Below are positions 24,659 through 37,950 of a DNA stretch of 64,000 nucleotides, piece by piece. Source of the stretch: Scenedesmus sp. PABB004 (Eukaryota); assembly GCA_014905635.1 (NCBI GenBank), contig JABVCE010000014.1:558001-622000 (forward strand), read 5' to 3'. The notes under the pieces were generated by a model, which saw only the letters and a program-made list of their open reading frames with translations, made no database searches and was not told the DNA's origin. Positions within the stretch are counted from its first letter, which is position 1. Every line of letters starts with the position of its first letter. A program made the translations under genes and the position numbers.

Positions 24659-27600
24659 TCAGCAGCCCGGCACGGCGACCGCCCAGGCGCCGCGGCCCGC
24701 GCTCGCGACGCCGCCGCCGCTGCCGCGCAGCGCCGCCGAGCCCGCCAGCGTGACGGGCGCGCAGGGCGGCGCCGCCGCCGCGCCGCGCACCGACGCAAAC
24801 GCGGGCGCCGGCGCCGCCGCGGCCGCGGCCGGCAGCGGCCCGACGCGCAGCGTGTAGCGCAGCTCCGCCGCGCCGCACAGCTCCGCCGGCAGCGGGCCGA
24901 CCGGCTCGAGCACCGGCTGCGGAAGGTCAACCTCGCTCGCCGGCGGCGTGCCGGGCGCGCTCGCGTTGGCGCCCGCGACCGCCGCGCCGGTCGGGGTGAG
25001 GACGAGCTTGAACGAGCTCGTGACCGCGACGCAGCGGTCCACCTCCAGCGGCGGCGCGTCCGCGAGCACGACCGGCGACGGCGGCGACTGCACGACGACG
25101 CCGGCCGCGCCCGCGCCCGCCGCGCCCGCAGCGGCGCCCGCCGTGGCGGCGCCCGGCGCCGACGCGTTGCCGCTCGCGTTGCCGGGCGCGGCGGCGAGCG
25201 CGAGCGGCGGCGCCGCCGCCGCCGGCGCCGCGTCGCCGGGCAGCGGCGCGGTCGCGTTGGCGAAGACCACGACCGCCGGCGCGGAGGCGAGGTCGATGCC
25301 GTCGAATGAGAACGCGCACGTCGCGGGCAGCTCCACCGCGCCGCCGCCGGGGCCGGCGGCCTCGCAGCCGCCGCCCGTGAAGTTGCCCCGCAGCGAGCCG
25401 CCGCACGGCAGCAGCGCAAACACGCCCACCCCGCGCGCGCGGGTGGGCGCGCCTTCGCCGTCGCCCGGCGCGAGGAGCAGGCTGCCGGACAGCCGGCCGG
25501 TCGCCGGCGCCGCGCGCTTGGAGTGCTTGGCGACGAGCACGATGCTGGTGGAGGCCAGCCCGGGGGCGAGCTCAATGGTGGTGCCGTTGCCGCCCGCCAG
25601 CGCGGGCACCGGCGCACCGCCGGCGCCCGGCGGCGCGCCGACCGGCTCCAGCGCGAGGCGCGACGTCCACACGTAGCGCGTGACGACCTGCCCCGCCAGC
25701 CCGCTGAGCGAGAGCACGACCGGCGGGCCGCTCCACGTGAAGTTGGCCGCCGCGTCGGCGCCCGCGCCGGGGTCGGCCGCGCCGCCGCCCGCTCCTGCGC
25801 CGCCCGCCCCGGCACCGCCCGCCCCGGCGCCGCCCGCCCCGGCGCCGCCTGCACCGCCAGCACCAGCGCCGCCTGCACCGCCAGCACCGCCAGCGCCGCC
25901 TGCACCGCCAGCACCACCAGCGCCGCCTGCGCCGGCGTCGCCGTCGTCAACAGCGTACGGGTCATCGGCCCCCGGGTCGGCGTCGGCGTCGCCGGGCGCG
26001 CCCCCGGCCGGCGGCGGGGCGCCAGCGGGCGGCGGCGCGCCCGGGTCTGGGCGCGCCGCCCGGTCGGCGGCGGCGCGCCCGCGGCAGGCGTGCCGGCCTG
26101 CATGAACGCCGTTGACTGCAGGCTGGCCACCGTGGTGGTGCCGTCACCGCTCGGCGCTACAGCTCCGCCAGAGCCGCCGGCGGCCGCGTCGGATGCGCCC
26201 GCGTCGCCGGCGGCGCCTGCGTCGTCCGCTGGCGCATCGCCGGCCGCGTCGCCAGCGCCTGCGCCGTCCGCTGGCGCGCCACCGGCCGCGTCGCCCGCGC
26301 CTGCGTCGCCGCCCGCTGGCGCGCCGCCGCCCGCGCCGCCCGCGCCTGCGTCGTCCGCTGGCGCGCCGCCGCCCGCGCTGCCCGCCGGCGCGCCGCCGCC
26401 CGCGCTGCCCGCCGGCGCGCCGCCGCCCCCACCGCCCGCGCCGGCGTCGCCAGCTGGCGTGCCGCCGCCTGCGCCGGCCGCACCGGCGTCGCCTCCCGCG
26501 CCGCCCGCGTCGGCCGCGCCGCCCGCGCCGGCGTCGCCGCCGCCGGGGGCGCCGCGCCGACGGCGGCGCCGGGCGTGGCGCAGTCGCCGCTGATGGTGAT
26601 GCCGCTCGGCACGTTGATCACGGCCGGGCTCAGCCGGCCCGCGCCCGTCCAGCCGTCGTTGTCCGGCAGCACCGCGCCCACGCAGTGCACCGCGTAGGCG
26701 CCACACTGCAGGCGCGTGTACCCCGCCGCGGGCGCCATGACGGCCACCTGCTTGACCGGCTCCGTCGCGCCGCACACGCGCACGCAGCGCGCGCCGCCGC
26801 CGTCGAGCGTCGTGCCGTTGGGCCCTGCGGCCGCGAGCGCGGCGGCCTCGGCGCTGCCGTTGAGCGGAAGCACGTCCGCGAGCACGACGCCCGACGAGAG
26901 CTGCGCGCACGCGCCGACCGCCGCCTGGCGCAGCCCGCCCGGCGCGGTGCCGTTGCCGCCGGCGCCGCCGCCGGGGACAAAGCTGAACGCCGCCGGCACG
27001 CTCAGCACGTCGGCCGTCGCGCCGCCGGCGGCGTCGAGCACCACCTCTGCCGTCGCGGCCACGCTGCCGACGAGGGCGATGAGCGACTCGTCGGCGGGCG
27101 AGGCGGCGAGCTTGAGCTCGAACGTGCAGTTGGTGCGGCGCGACGGCATGAGCTGCACCTGCCCCGCCGCGTTGGAGCCGCGGCAGTCCGCGACCGCCGT
27201 GACGCTGCGCACGCGCGCGCCGACGCCGCTCGTGGCGGTGGCCGTCACCGTCACGCCCCGCACGGTCAGCAGCCCGCCGCCGGGCGGGTTGCCGAGCCGC
27301 ACCACGCCCGTGACGAGCTGCGCGGTCACGCCGGGGTCGCGCTCTGCGCGCAGCCAGCAGCCGAGCTCGACCGCGTCGCTGGCGTTGTTGCGCTCCGCGA
27401 CGGGCGCCGCCGAGAGCGACCAGCTGTAACTCGTCAGCAGCGTGGGCGACGCCGACAGCACCGCGACGCGCAGCGCCGGCGCCGGCGCCGCCCCTGCCGC
27501 CGCCACCGCCGCCGCCGCCGCCGCGCGGGCGCGGGCGTCGCGGCCGGCGCCGGCCCCGCCGCCGCCGGCGGCGCGGGCGTCGCGGCCGGCGCAGGCCCCG

Positions 27601-29433
27601 CCGCCGGCGACGGCACCGCCGGCACCGGGCCGGCGCTCGCGTCGGCGCTCGGGTCGAGCGGCAGCGGCGCCGCCTGGGCGGCCGACGCAAAGCGCAGCCC
27701 CGCGGCAGCGGCGGGCGGCGGCAGCTGCATGCCCCGCCGCCCGCCCGCCGGCCGCGTGTCGGGCTCGGCCGCGAGCTCCACCGACTGGAAGCTCGGCGCG
27801 CCGCGCGGCGGCGCCGGCCGCGCCGCGGCCGGCGGCTGCGGCGCGGCCGCCGGCCGCGCCTTGGCCGCCTCGGGGACCGCCGCCGCCGGCGCGCGCGCGG
27901 CGCCGCTGCCGGCCGGGGGCGGCGGGCAGATGACCTGTAGGTAGGCGTAGGTGCCCAGCGTGGCGACAGGCTGCGAGCCGTCCACGTACGCGGCCGCGGC
28001 CGTGCTCTGCACCTCGTACGTGCCGCACGCCGCAGGCAGCAGCGGGCCAAAGACCATGCCGTACGAAAAGGTGCGGCTGGCGCAGATGCGGCGCGGCGGG
28101 TCGGTGCCCGCGGGCTTGCCGTTGAGGCCCATCGGCGGGCGGTCGCCCGTGATCTGGGGAATGGGCCACCGGAAGTCGCTGCCGCCGCGCGACGGCGCCG
28201 AGAGCTGGCGCAGGCCGCGGCGGCGGCGCGCGGCGCGCGCGGCCGCGCGGCGCGCGGCGCCCGCGCCCGCGAGGCGCCGGCTCCACCTGGGCGCGCCGGG
28301 CGGGGGCGGCGCCGGCGGCGGCGCGCGGGCGGGCGTGAGGGACGGCGCGCGGCGGCTGCGGCGCGCGGCGCCGCCGCGTGCGTGTGCGGCCGCGCGACAG
28401 CCCGTGTGCGGGCGCGCACCAATCGTCGCTTGGCATGTCTGCGGAGGCGATGCCGGCGTTGAACCCCGGCGCCGCGTCGACGACCGCGCTCGGCGTCGGC
28501 AGCGTCGGCTCGGTCCGCGGCGGGCCGAGCGTGGACGAGGTGACGTCGTTCACGGCGAAGAGCTGGCTCGTCGACACGGGGCCCGCCGCCGCCGCGCCGG
28601 CGCGGTCGCTGTAGCGGTTGACGATGAAGCTGCCGTCGGTGACCTCCACGCAGTCGCCCACGCTCTGCGACACGCACGCGGCCGGCGCGGCGGCGGCGCC
28701 GGCCGCGGCCGGCGCCGCGGCGCCGCCGGCGCAGCCGGCAAAGGAGAAGGGCACCGCCTCGGCCGCGACGCGGCCCTGCGAGGTCGAGAGGAAGCCGACG
28801 AGGTTGCCGGCCCCCGGGTCGGCGTCGAGCGCTACAGTGAACGCGCACGAGACGCTCTCGCCCGGCGCGAGCGCGTAGCTCCGCGCGGGCAGGCCCTTGC
28901 ACGGCGGCGACGCGGGCGTGGTGCCGGCGTAGAGCGTGACGGCCGAGAGGGTGAGCACGTTGCTGCCAGAGGGGTTGGTGATCTCCAGCGACCCGGACAG
29001 CACGTACTGGCGCGACGCGAGCGACTTGGTGTAGCTCAGCGTGTAGCCTGGCGGGCCGGGCGGCGGCGCGCGGCGCGGCTGCGAGTGAGCGGGCCAGCGG
29101 CGGGCGCGGGCGCGGGCCGGGCGGCGGGCGGGCGCGGGCGCGCGGCGCTCGCGCACCGAGCTGCTTGCGCTCGCGGCCGTCGGCCGTGATGGCGACGCCG
29201 CTCGCCGACGACGCGCGCGAGAGCGTCCAGTTGTACGTGGACACGGTGGTGGCCTTGACGCCGCTGATGAAGAACTTGGGCGGCACGTAGGGGTTGGCCG
29301 CGGTCGCCGGCGCCGCGGGCGCGGCCTGCGCCGCGGCGCCGCGGGCCGACGCGGCGAGCGCCAGCGCCACCGCAAGCAGCGTAAGCGCTGTGGCGGGGGA
29401 GCGGGACGGGGCAGGGTCAAGCGGGCGTTGCAT
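24659..29433 (-). CDS. Large secreted Ala/Gly/Pro-rich protein with three copies of a Cys-containing beta-rich domain; apparent single-base frameshifts
   Basis: Signal-peptide-like ALTLLAVALALAASARGAAAQ. The three domains begin TYNWTLS, SYSWSLS and RYVWTSR, each with a C-x-F motif and FSF. Frame switches near 27525, 26560 and 26050 have no splice signals. Confidence 0.7.
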
Positions 29434-30056
29434 GGCGGCGGCGGCGCGCGGCGGCGAGGAAGCTGCCGTCGCTGCTTCATTGGGTCCGGTGGCGCGTGGC
29501 GCCCGAGTACAGCGACTTGGCGGCTGGTGCCGACCTCAGCGCCTCCTGTACGGCGGCGCACGCGCTGCGGACGCCCCAGCGCGCGGGGGCTCGCCATCGC
29601 TCACCTCCTGCCATCGCCCGGCGCCGCCCCCGGACCGGCGCGTCGCGCGCCGTCATGCTGAGCGCGTGCACATGCTCCGCCAACCGGCCTGGGGCTCCCT
29701 GCGCACGCCCGCCGAAACTGCTCGCGGTGCGCCCGTCCCTGCTGCCTCCTCGTGCGTCGTGGGTGCGTGCGTGATGGCGCGGCTGCTGTAGCGGAATGAA
29801 TGAACGGCGGCGCGCGCCGGCGCGGCGCCGGGACTGCCGTGTGCGGCGGTGCACCGCCGCCGCTCTGATGCCCCGTCGCGGCGGGGTCGCACGGCCTGCG
29901 CGCAAGCGCCACGGGCGCCGCCAGACCTGCTGCAGCGCCTCCGCGACGCCCGCGGCAGCAGCGCGACAGCCGCCGCGCGCGCAGCCGCCGGCAGCAGCGG
30001 CAGCGGCCCCTCGCCGCCCGCGCCCGCCCGCGCGCGCGAGCAGCCGTCTGCGCCAC

Positions 30057-31361
30057 ATGAGCGGCGCCGCCGCGGCGGTGACGCCGCCGACGGCGGCCGG
30101 CGGCGCCGTGCTGAAGCGGGTCGCGCTGCTGCGCGGCCACGGCGACGCGGTCGCGTGCGCGGCGGCGAGTCCCGACGGCGCGCTGCTGGCGTCGGGCGCG
30201 GAGGTGCGGCCGCGGCGTGCCTGCCCTCCGCGCAGCCGCCCCCGGCGAGCCCGCCCCGCGCGCGCAGGACGGCGGCCTGTGCGTGCACTGCCTGGCGACG
30301 TACGAGCTGCTGCTGCACGAGACGCTCGACGCGGCCGGGGGCGTCACGGCGCTGGCGTTTGCGCCGGACGGCGGGCGCGGCGGCGGCGCGGCGCGGCAGC
30401 TGTTCGCGGCGGTCGGCCGCGAGCTGCTGCACCTCGCGCTCCTCCAGCAGGCGGCGCCGCCGCAGCAGGAGCAGCCGGCGCAGGAGCACCAGGAGCAGCC
30501 GGCGCGGCAAGCGCAGCAGCAGCAGCAGCAGCAGGCGGCGTGGCGCGTGGAGCTGCGCGCGCGGGCGCTGGTCGCGGTGGATGACATCGGCGCGCTGGCG
30601 GTCAACGCCGCCGGCACCTTCCTCGCAGCCGCAGACGACTCGGGTGGGCTGGCCGCGCCGCCGCCCGCGCCCGCCCGCGCCGCCCGCGCCGCCCGCGCGC
30701 GCCGCAGAGCGCCGGTCACCCCCGCCGCCGCCGCTGCCGCGGCCGCCAGGCGACGTGAGCGTTTTCGACCTGGCCCGCCTCGCGGCGCAGGCGAGCGGCG
30801 GGCCCAGCAAGGAGGCGCCGCTGCAGCCGGTGCGCGTCATCCGCGCCGCGCACGAGCCGCTCGCCGCGGCGGTTGCGTTCCGCCGGCACAAGCCCTGGCA
30901 GCTGCTCTCGGGCGGCATGGACAGCCGCGTCGCGGCGTGGGACTTTAGCCGGCCGCGGCGCTGCCTGGCGTCGTGGGCGATGCAGGGCATGGCCGGCGCC
31001 AGCCCGGCACCGCGCGGCGCGGCGCCACGCACCGCCGCCGGCGGCGCGCAGCAGGCGCAGCAGCACGCCGGCGGCGAGGGCGACGGGCAGCTGTGGAACC
31101 CGCCAATGGTGCACGCGCTCGCGCTGCCGTGGGGGGAGGGCACCGCCGAGTGCGCCGTGAGCGCTGGCGGCGTAGCGGCGGCGGCGCCGGTGGTGCCGCC
31201 GGCGCTGCTGCGCCGCGTGGTCGCGGCCGCGCGCGGCGACGGCGTCGTCGCAGTGTTTGATGCCGACGCCGACGCCAAGCCCGACGCCAAGCCCGGCGGC
31301 AGGCCCACGGCGGCGGCGGCAGCCAACGGCGCGGCCAGCAGCGGCGGCAGCGGCGGCGGCC

Positions 31362-31404
<43 letters not shown>

Positions 31405-31756
31405 AGGCAGAGGCGAGGCGGAGCAGCTGGCGGAGCTGCCGCCCGGCTTCCACGTCTGCCTCGGCGCGGAGCGCGGCGGGCACCGCGTGCCCGCCTCGGT
31501 GCTCGCGTTCCTGCCGTGGGCCGGCGGCGCGCGCGTCCTCGCCTCGGGCGGCGAGGACGGGCGGCTGCTGCTCTGGGACTGGGCGGCGGCGTGGCGCGGC
31601 GACGGCGGCGGCTGCCTGCTCGCGGCGCGCGAGCACAAGCGCAAGGTCAACGCGCTGGTCGCGCTCCCGGGGCGCGGCGGCGGGAGCGCGGCGCGGCTCG
31701 TCGTGGCGGACACCGCGCCGCGGCTCACGGTGTATGTTGCGCTGCCGCCGCCCTGA
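30057..31756 (+). CDS. WD40-repeat protein (WDR53-like)
   Basis: LRGHGDAVACAAASPDGALLASGAEDG, LLSGGMDSRVAAWD, WNPPMVHALA, LASGGEDGRLLLWD. Two introns. Confidence 0.85.
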
Positions 31757-31863
31757 CGTGGCGCGGCGGTCGATCGGACAGCGCGCGCGGCGGTTGCCGC
31801 GGCTGCTGCGGTTGCCAGCCCAGTCGGTAACCGCACTCCCGGCGGACACGTCGCTGCGGCTAC

Positions 31864-33676
31864 TCACTTGGCGCGCGTGCCGCCTGTGAGAGCGTCGGCC
31901 CACGCCGTGCCCACCGCGTCCGGCAGCGCGGCCCCGGCCGCCGGGAAGGCCCGGTCCGGCCGGTACGGCGCGAGCCGCTCCAGCGTCGCAGCGCTCGGCG
32001 GCCCGCCCGCCACCGCGACCTCCTCCGCGACCAGCGCGCCGACGAGGGGTGCCAGGGTGAGGCCCGAGTGCGTGACCGCGAGATAGGCGTTCGGGCAGCT
32101 CGGCAGCCAGCCCAGCACCGGGTAACCGTCAGCAGGGAAGGGCCGGAAGCCGAGCTGCATGCCTGCGCGGCGGTGGCGCGCAGGTGGCGCGCAGGCGGCG
32201 CGGTGCCGCGAGCACCGGCGCGCCGCCGCACCGGGCAGCCGCGGGCGCGCCGGCGGGCGCAGCGGTGGCGGCGGCGCGCGCGCGCACCCTCGGCGGTGGC
32301 CGCGCCGAGCGCCGGCACCGCGGCCGCCGCCGCTCGGAGCAGCCGCTCCGCGGCCGCGGGGCTCGTGTCGGTCGTCGCCGCCTCGCTGGGCGAGGTCTCG
32401 CCGATCACCACGCGCCCGTCGTGGCGCTGCGCGCGGCGGCCGGCGGCGGCGGGGGCCGGGGCTCGCTGCTGGAGGGTGCCCACGCGCGGCTCCGGGCCGC
32501 GCCGCCGCGCCGGGCCGCGCCGCCGCGCCGGGCTTCGCCGCCGCGCCGGGCCGCGGCGGCGCACCTGCAGGATGAACACGCTGCCGGTCTGCTCCGCGCC
32601 GCTCGTGATGACCATGCGCCGCACCAGGCCCGGCGGCAGGGGCGCTGTCAGCAGCACAACCGCCGGCTTGTGCAGCAGCGGCAGCTCGTGCCCGAGCGAC
32701 GCCGCGAGCGCCGCCGAGCCGCCCCCGGCGGCAATGACGACGGCGCCGGCCTCGTGCACGCGCGCCGCCGCCGGCGCGCCGCCGCCGGCCGGCGCCGCAA
32801 CGACGACGCCGCGCGCGCGGCCGTCGGGCCCCCGCGCGACGCCCTCGACCTGCCCGCGCGCGGGCGGCGGCGGCGTGGGCGGGCGCCGGCGCCGCGCGCG
32901 CGGCCGCCGCGCCGCCGCAAGCGCTCCCCGAGGCCGCGCGCGGCGCCGCGCCGCGCCGCGCGTCACCTGCTGGCCGTACAGCACCTCTGCGCCCTGCGCG
33001 CGCGCCCGGGCCAGGAACCAGTCCGTCGCCTCGACCGGGTCCGTCCAGCCCTCGCTGGGGTAGAGCCGCGCGTGCGTGCAGCGCGCCGCGAGCGCGGGGC
33101 ACAGCCCCGGCTCGAGCTCCAGCAGCTCCGCGCCTGCGCAGCAGCAGCAGCAGCAGCAGCACGCGGCGCCGCGTGACGCGCGGCGCGGTGCGTCCCTCAC
33201 GGCGCGCAGCAGCAGGCGGGCCTGAGCGCACCCTGCACCGCGCGCTGCGGGTAGCCTGGCTCGGCCAGGTCGGGCCTTTCGTCGTGAAGGAACAAGCAGC
33301 CTGTGAAGGTGGCGACGTCGCCGCACTCGCGCCAGAGCCGCATGCTCTCGACGCTGAGATCTGACGCGCGCGGCCGGCGCGAGGGCGGCGGCACGGCAGG
33401 CGCGTCAGCGCGCGGTCGGCGCGGTCAGCGCGGGCCGGCCGCGCCAGCCGCCGCGCGCCGGGCAGCAGCGCGCGGCGCGGCCGCACCGAAGTAGTGCTTG
33501 GGCTCCTTGTAGTTCGCGTTGAGCCACGCCCACGACGCGGCCGTCGCGCCCTGGGCGTGGCCCGGCGCGGCCTCGAGCACGATGACCCGGACGCCGCGCT
33601 CGGCCAGGTGCTTGGCGACGGCGGCGCCGATGATGCCCGCGCCGACCACGACCACGCGCGGCGGCGGCGTGCTCAT
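31864..33676 (-). CDS. FAD-dependent oxidoreductase, D-amino-acid/glycine oxidase (DAO) family
   Basis: VVVVGAGIIGAAVA..GATAASWAWLNAN, VVIAAGGGS, GFRPFPADGYPVLG, AVTHSGLTLAP. Multi-exon. Confidence 0.88.
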
Positions 33677-34047
33677 CGCGGCGGCAGCGGCGGCGGCAGC
33701 GCGGCGCAGCGACGGCAGCGCCAGCGGGCGCGGCAGCGGCAGCAGCGGCGGCGCCAGCGCGCCGGTGCGACGGCCCCGCCGTGCCCCGTGTGTGACGCCT
33801 GTGCAATGGAGGTGGTGTCGCGGGGGCGCCCGGAATGACCGGCGCGCCCAGCGGCTGCCGGGCCGCCGCCGCGCTCGTCACAGACGCCGCCGCTCTCCTC
33901 ATCCTCGTGCCTCCCAGCGCGGCGCACCGCACTCGCCCCTCCACTCCGCGCGCGGCCCGCCCAGCAGACAGCGCAGCCGCCGCCGGAGGGCAGCAGAGCA
34001 GCGGCGGCGGCAGCGAGCGTTCGCCGCCAGCAGCGCGGGCGCTCTCG

Positions 34048-34521
34048 ATGGCGAAGCAGCAGCACAAGGGCGGCAAGCAGCGGCCCAAGCAGCAGCCCCC
34101 GCCGCGCCCCCAGGGGAAGCCGACCAAGGCGGCGGGCAAGGCGGCGGCCGCGCGGCGGCAGGCCGGCGCGCTCGCCGCCGCGGCCAGCGAGCTCGGCGGC
34201 GCCCGGCTGGCGGCGCTCGCGGCGGCGACCGGCGCGGAGCTGGCAGAGAAGGGCCTGGGGCGCCGCGGCGCGCTGCGCGCCCGGCCGGCGGCCGCCATGG
34301 AGGCCGCCGTTGAGCAGCTGGCGGCGGCTGCTGCTGCGCCGGCGGCGGAGGCGCTGGCGCCGCCGCAGCCGCCGCAGCCGCAGCGGTCGGCCCCGGCAAC
34401 AGCGCAGCCCAGCATCGACGTGCTGCTGGGCGGCTGGAGCCTGAGCCAGAAGCAGCAGCAGCAGGAGCAGCGGGCGCCGGCGGCGGCGGACGGGAGCGCG
34501 GGCGACGCGGCGGGCGGCTGA
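34048..34521 (+). CDS. Small basic hypothetical protein (single exon)
   Basis: ORF MAKQQHKGGKQRPKQQ..SIDVLLGGWSLSQKQ with host-like GC3 codons. Divergent from the oxidase gene. Confidence 0.6.
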   Translation: MAKQQHKGGKQRPKQQPPPRPQGKPTKAAGKAAAARRQAGALAAAASELGGARLAALAAATGAELAEKGLGRRGALRARPAAAMEAAVEQLAAAAAAPAAEALAPPQPPQPQRSAPATAQPSIDVLLGGWSLSQKQQQQEQRAPAAADGSAGDAAGG

Positions 34522-35375
34522 TGGCCTGAGGCGCGCCACACGCTCTTTGCCCCTCCGCCCTGTCCACCCCTCGCCATCCCTCCTCCAGCTGGCGCCACAC
34601 GCCTGCCGCCGTCGCCGTGGCGGCCCGCGGCTCGTGGCGCCGCGGCAGCCCCCGTCGCGCGGCGCCGTCGCTCGTGGCCGGCCCGCCGCGCTGCGCGTGC
34701 TGTGTGCGCTGGCTGGACGACCAGCGAGCCCGTCGGCCGCGGCCGTCGCGCTGCCCGAGCTGTTTCAGCAGGAGTTTCCCAGAGGAGCCGCCGGGCGCGG
34801 CAGCCGCCCGTTGTGACCAACCGAGCGCGCGCCCGCGTGTGCCCGCCGCCCGCCGCTGCCGCCCCCGCCGCTGCCGCCGCCCGCCGCCTGCCGCTGCCGC
34901 CGCCTCGCAACGCTGCGGCCGCTGGCGGATTGCAGGGCTCAGCGCCGGTACCCCTGCAATCCTCCAAGTACGGTACTCGGGTACTCGGGGCCTCGGCCGA
35001 ACCCGGGGCGTGGAATCGCTGTGCCCCGGCGTCCGCGCCTGCGCTGCCCCCCACTCGCCCGCCAGCGCAACGGGCTCGCACGCCCACACGCCCACGCCCG
35101 CACAGCCAGGCAGCCACCGCGGAGGCGCACCACAAAGGCGAGCGGGGCCGTTGCGCGCGAAAGAGGCCGCCTGGGACGCGCGCCTTGGGCAGCTTTGGGA
35201 CGCCCTGAGCCCTCGGGCGGCGCCGCGCGGCCCCGCGCGCCCGCGCGCCCGCACGCGGGCGCAGCGCAATCGCCTTGAGCGCGGCCGCGGCGCGCGCACC
35301 GCTCCGCAGGCGGCGAGCGGGCGAGCTGGGCGTGACCGGGGCGTGAACCGACCTCCAGCCCGCAGCTGAGGCGCC

Positions 35376-36243
35376 ATGGAGGGCGAGCCCGACGCCAAGC
35401 GGGCGCGACAGGATGGTGGCGAGTTTGGCGGGCCCAGGTGGGCGCCGGCAGGACCGGCGGGGCGCCGGCGGGCCGCCCTGCGCACGTGGACCGCCGCGAG
35501 GCGCCTGCTCTCGCGGCCGCACGGCACCGGGCGGCGGCACCGGGCGGCGGCGCCCCCGGTCGCGCCGCCGCGGCGCGCCGCCGCTGCCGCGCCGCCGCCC
35601 CCTCACCCGCGTGCCGCCGCCCCCCCCCTCCCCCCGGCAGCGGTGAGGGCGTGGAGCAGAAGCAGGAGGAGGCGCACGAGGGCGAGCCGCAGCACGACGA
35701 CGGCGGCGGCGGCGCGGCGGCGGGCGAGGAGCAGCAGCAGCACGCGCCGGCGGAGGAGCAGGCGGCCGACGGCGGCGAGCAGGCGGCGCCGGCCGATGGC
35801 GCGCCCGCCGACGCGGCCGCCGGTGCGGACGCGGACGCGGCCGCAGCAGCAGCCGCGGCCGCGGCCGCCGCCGCCGCGGCCGTGGCGCACATGAGTGGCC
35901 TGACGGCGGAGCAGGCGCAGGCGGTGCACGAGCTCAACATGGCGCAGCTCGCGGCGGCGGGCGTGGACCCGTCGCAGGCCGCGGCGCTCGCCGGCGTGCC
36001 CGTGAGCGCCGGGCTCGCGCTCGACCCCGCGGCGACCGCGGCGGCGCTCGCGCAGGCCGGGCTCGGCGCGTTTGCGGGGCTCGTCGGCGTCGACGGCCAG
36101 CCGCTGCAGCTCCTGCCGGACGGCCTGCAGCTGCAGGCGCACAGCGAGATGTTTGCGGCCGCGGCGCACCAGCACCACCAGCACCACGGCGGCCAGGACG
36201 ACGGCGGCCGCGACAACAACTGGGACGCGGGCGGTGCGCGCCG

Positions 36244-36289
<46 letters not shown>

Positions 36290-37950
36290 CCGCCCCGCCC
36301 CGCCCCGCGCGGCGGCGGCGCCCGCGCGCCCGCGCGCCCGCGTCGACGCCCGCCCGCCCGCGGCGCAGACATGCACCGGCAGCACATCGAGGGGCAGCGC
36401 AAGTCTGACTACCAGGCCCTGGCCGCCGCCAAGCGCCAGGGGCAGCTCGTGACGCTGACCTTCACGCTCGACCTGCCCCCGGAGCTGGCAGACATCGAGA
36501 TCACAGACAGGCGCGCGCGCCCCCGCGCTGCCCGCGCTGGCCGCTGCCCGCATTGCCCGCGCCCCCGCGCTCGCGCCCGCGCGGCGCCGCGGCCGCCGCC
36601 CGCGGCCCACGCCGCTTCGCCGTTGCGCCCGCCGCCACGCGGCGCAGGACGGGCATCGTGGAGGTGCCGGCCGGCGGCGACGTGGCGATGCTCAAGCGCC
36701 TGTTCCAGTACCAGGCGCAGAACAAGCTGCTGCCCCAGCTGCAGGCGCGCAGCAGTGCAGCACAGCGCAGCGCAGCGCGCGCCGCGGCCGGCCGGCTCCG
36801 CGCCGCGCCGCGCCGCGCCGCGCCGCGCCCGCGCCCGCGCGCGCCGAGCCAAGGCGCGCCCGCGCCCGCGCCCGCGCCGCCGCGCGCGCCCGGCGCGCAG
36901 ACGCTGATCACCGAGACGGGGGAGGAGATGGTGGAGGTGAAGGAGGACGGCGGGCCCATGCCGCTCGCGCAGTACAATGTCGGCAACGGCAGCTCCATAA
37001 TCCTCAAGATCACGGTGACCGCCCCGCCAGCCGCCTCGCCGCGCGCGCGCCTCGCCGGGCTGGCAGGGGCCGCCTCCCAGGCGGCCCCGCGCCGCCGCCG
37101 GCGCCGCGCGCCGCCGCCTCGCTCACCGCGCCGCGCCGCGCGCCGCCGCGCCACGTGCACCACCCGCCGCTGAGCCAGGTGCCGGACGACGTCGACCACA
37201 TCCCCATGATTGATGAAGCGCTCACGAGCGCGGCCTACACCACCAACAGCAGCGCCCAGCGCACGACGTCGCGCAAGACGCGCTGGACGACGGAGCAGGT
37301 CGGCCGCGCGCGCGGGGCCCGCCGCAACCGCGGCCGCCGCCCGCCGCTGCTGCCCACGCTGCCGCCGCTGCTCCCGCCGCCGCCGCAGATTGAGGCGCTG
37401 ATCGAGGGCGTTGAGAAGTACGGCCTCTCCGCGTGGCGCACGATCGTCATGGTGCGGCCCCCGCACCGCCCGCGCCGCCCCCGCCGCCCGCGCGCAGCAG
37501 CCCCTCCCCGCGCCGGCGCGCCGCCCTCGCCGTGCCAGCGCGCCCCTCTGCCGCGCGTGCGCCCCGCTGCCGCGCGTGCGCCCCGCTGCCGCGCCACACA
37601 CCGCGCCACACACCGCGCGTCCTCCGCGCGTCCGTGTCGCCCGCGCGCAGGACCCGCGGCTGGCGAGCAAGAACAACATGCAGTGCAAGGACAAGTTCCG
37701 CAACCTCTGCCTCACCATCATCCAGGGCCGCCCCGAGCGCGGGCTCACGCTGCCGTGGCAGCTCAAGGACCGCGTGCGCGCGCTCATCGAGCAGGAAAAC
37801 ATCAAGGCGCGCGCGCTGCGCGGCGCACTGTGGAGCACGGGCCGGCGCCCGCCGCGCCGCGCCGCGCGGCCGCCCACCCCGCCGCGCCGCCGCGTCGCCG
37901 CCGCGCAGGGCGCCGGCGCGTTTGCCAACATGGGTGGGATGTCGGAGTGA
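35376..37950 (+). CDS. Telomere-repeat-binding-like (TRFL/TRP-type) protein: ubiquitin-like domain plus C-terminal single Myb and Myb extension
   Basis: RWTTEQIEALIEGVEKYGLSAWRTI..QCKDKFRNL followed by RGLTLPWQLKDRVRAL. Upstream Ubl-like VAMLKRL..PLAQYNVGNGSSIILKI. Confidence 0.75.

Noticed and set aside
22592..24878. ORFs of 308 and 611 aa across the Tic20-secreted protein intergenic region
   Set aside because: No domain motifs and no consistent host codon pattern. The protein-like stretches coincide with hairpin arms.
34927..34962. 11-bp inverted repeat ggattgcaggg..ccctgcaatcc upstream of the Myb gene
   Set aside because: Isolated and short, so no function can be supported.
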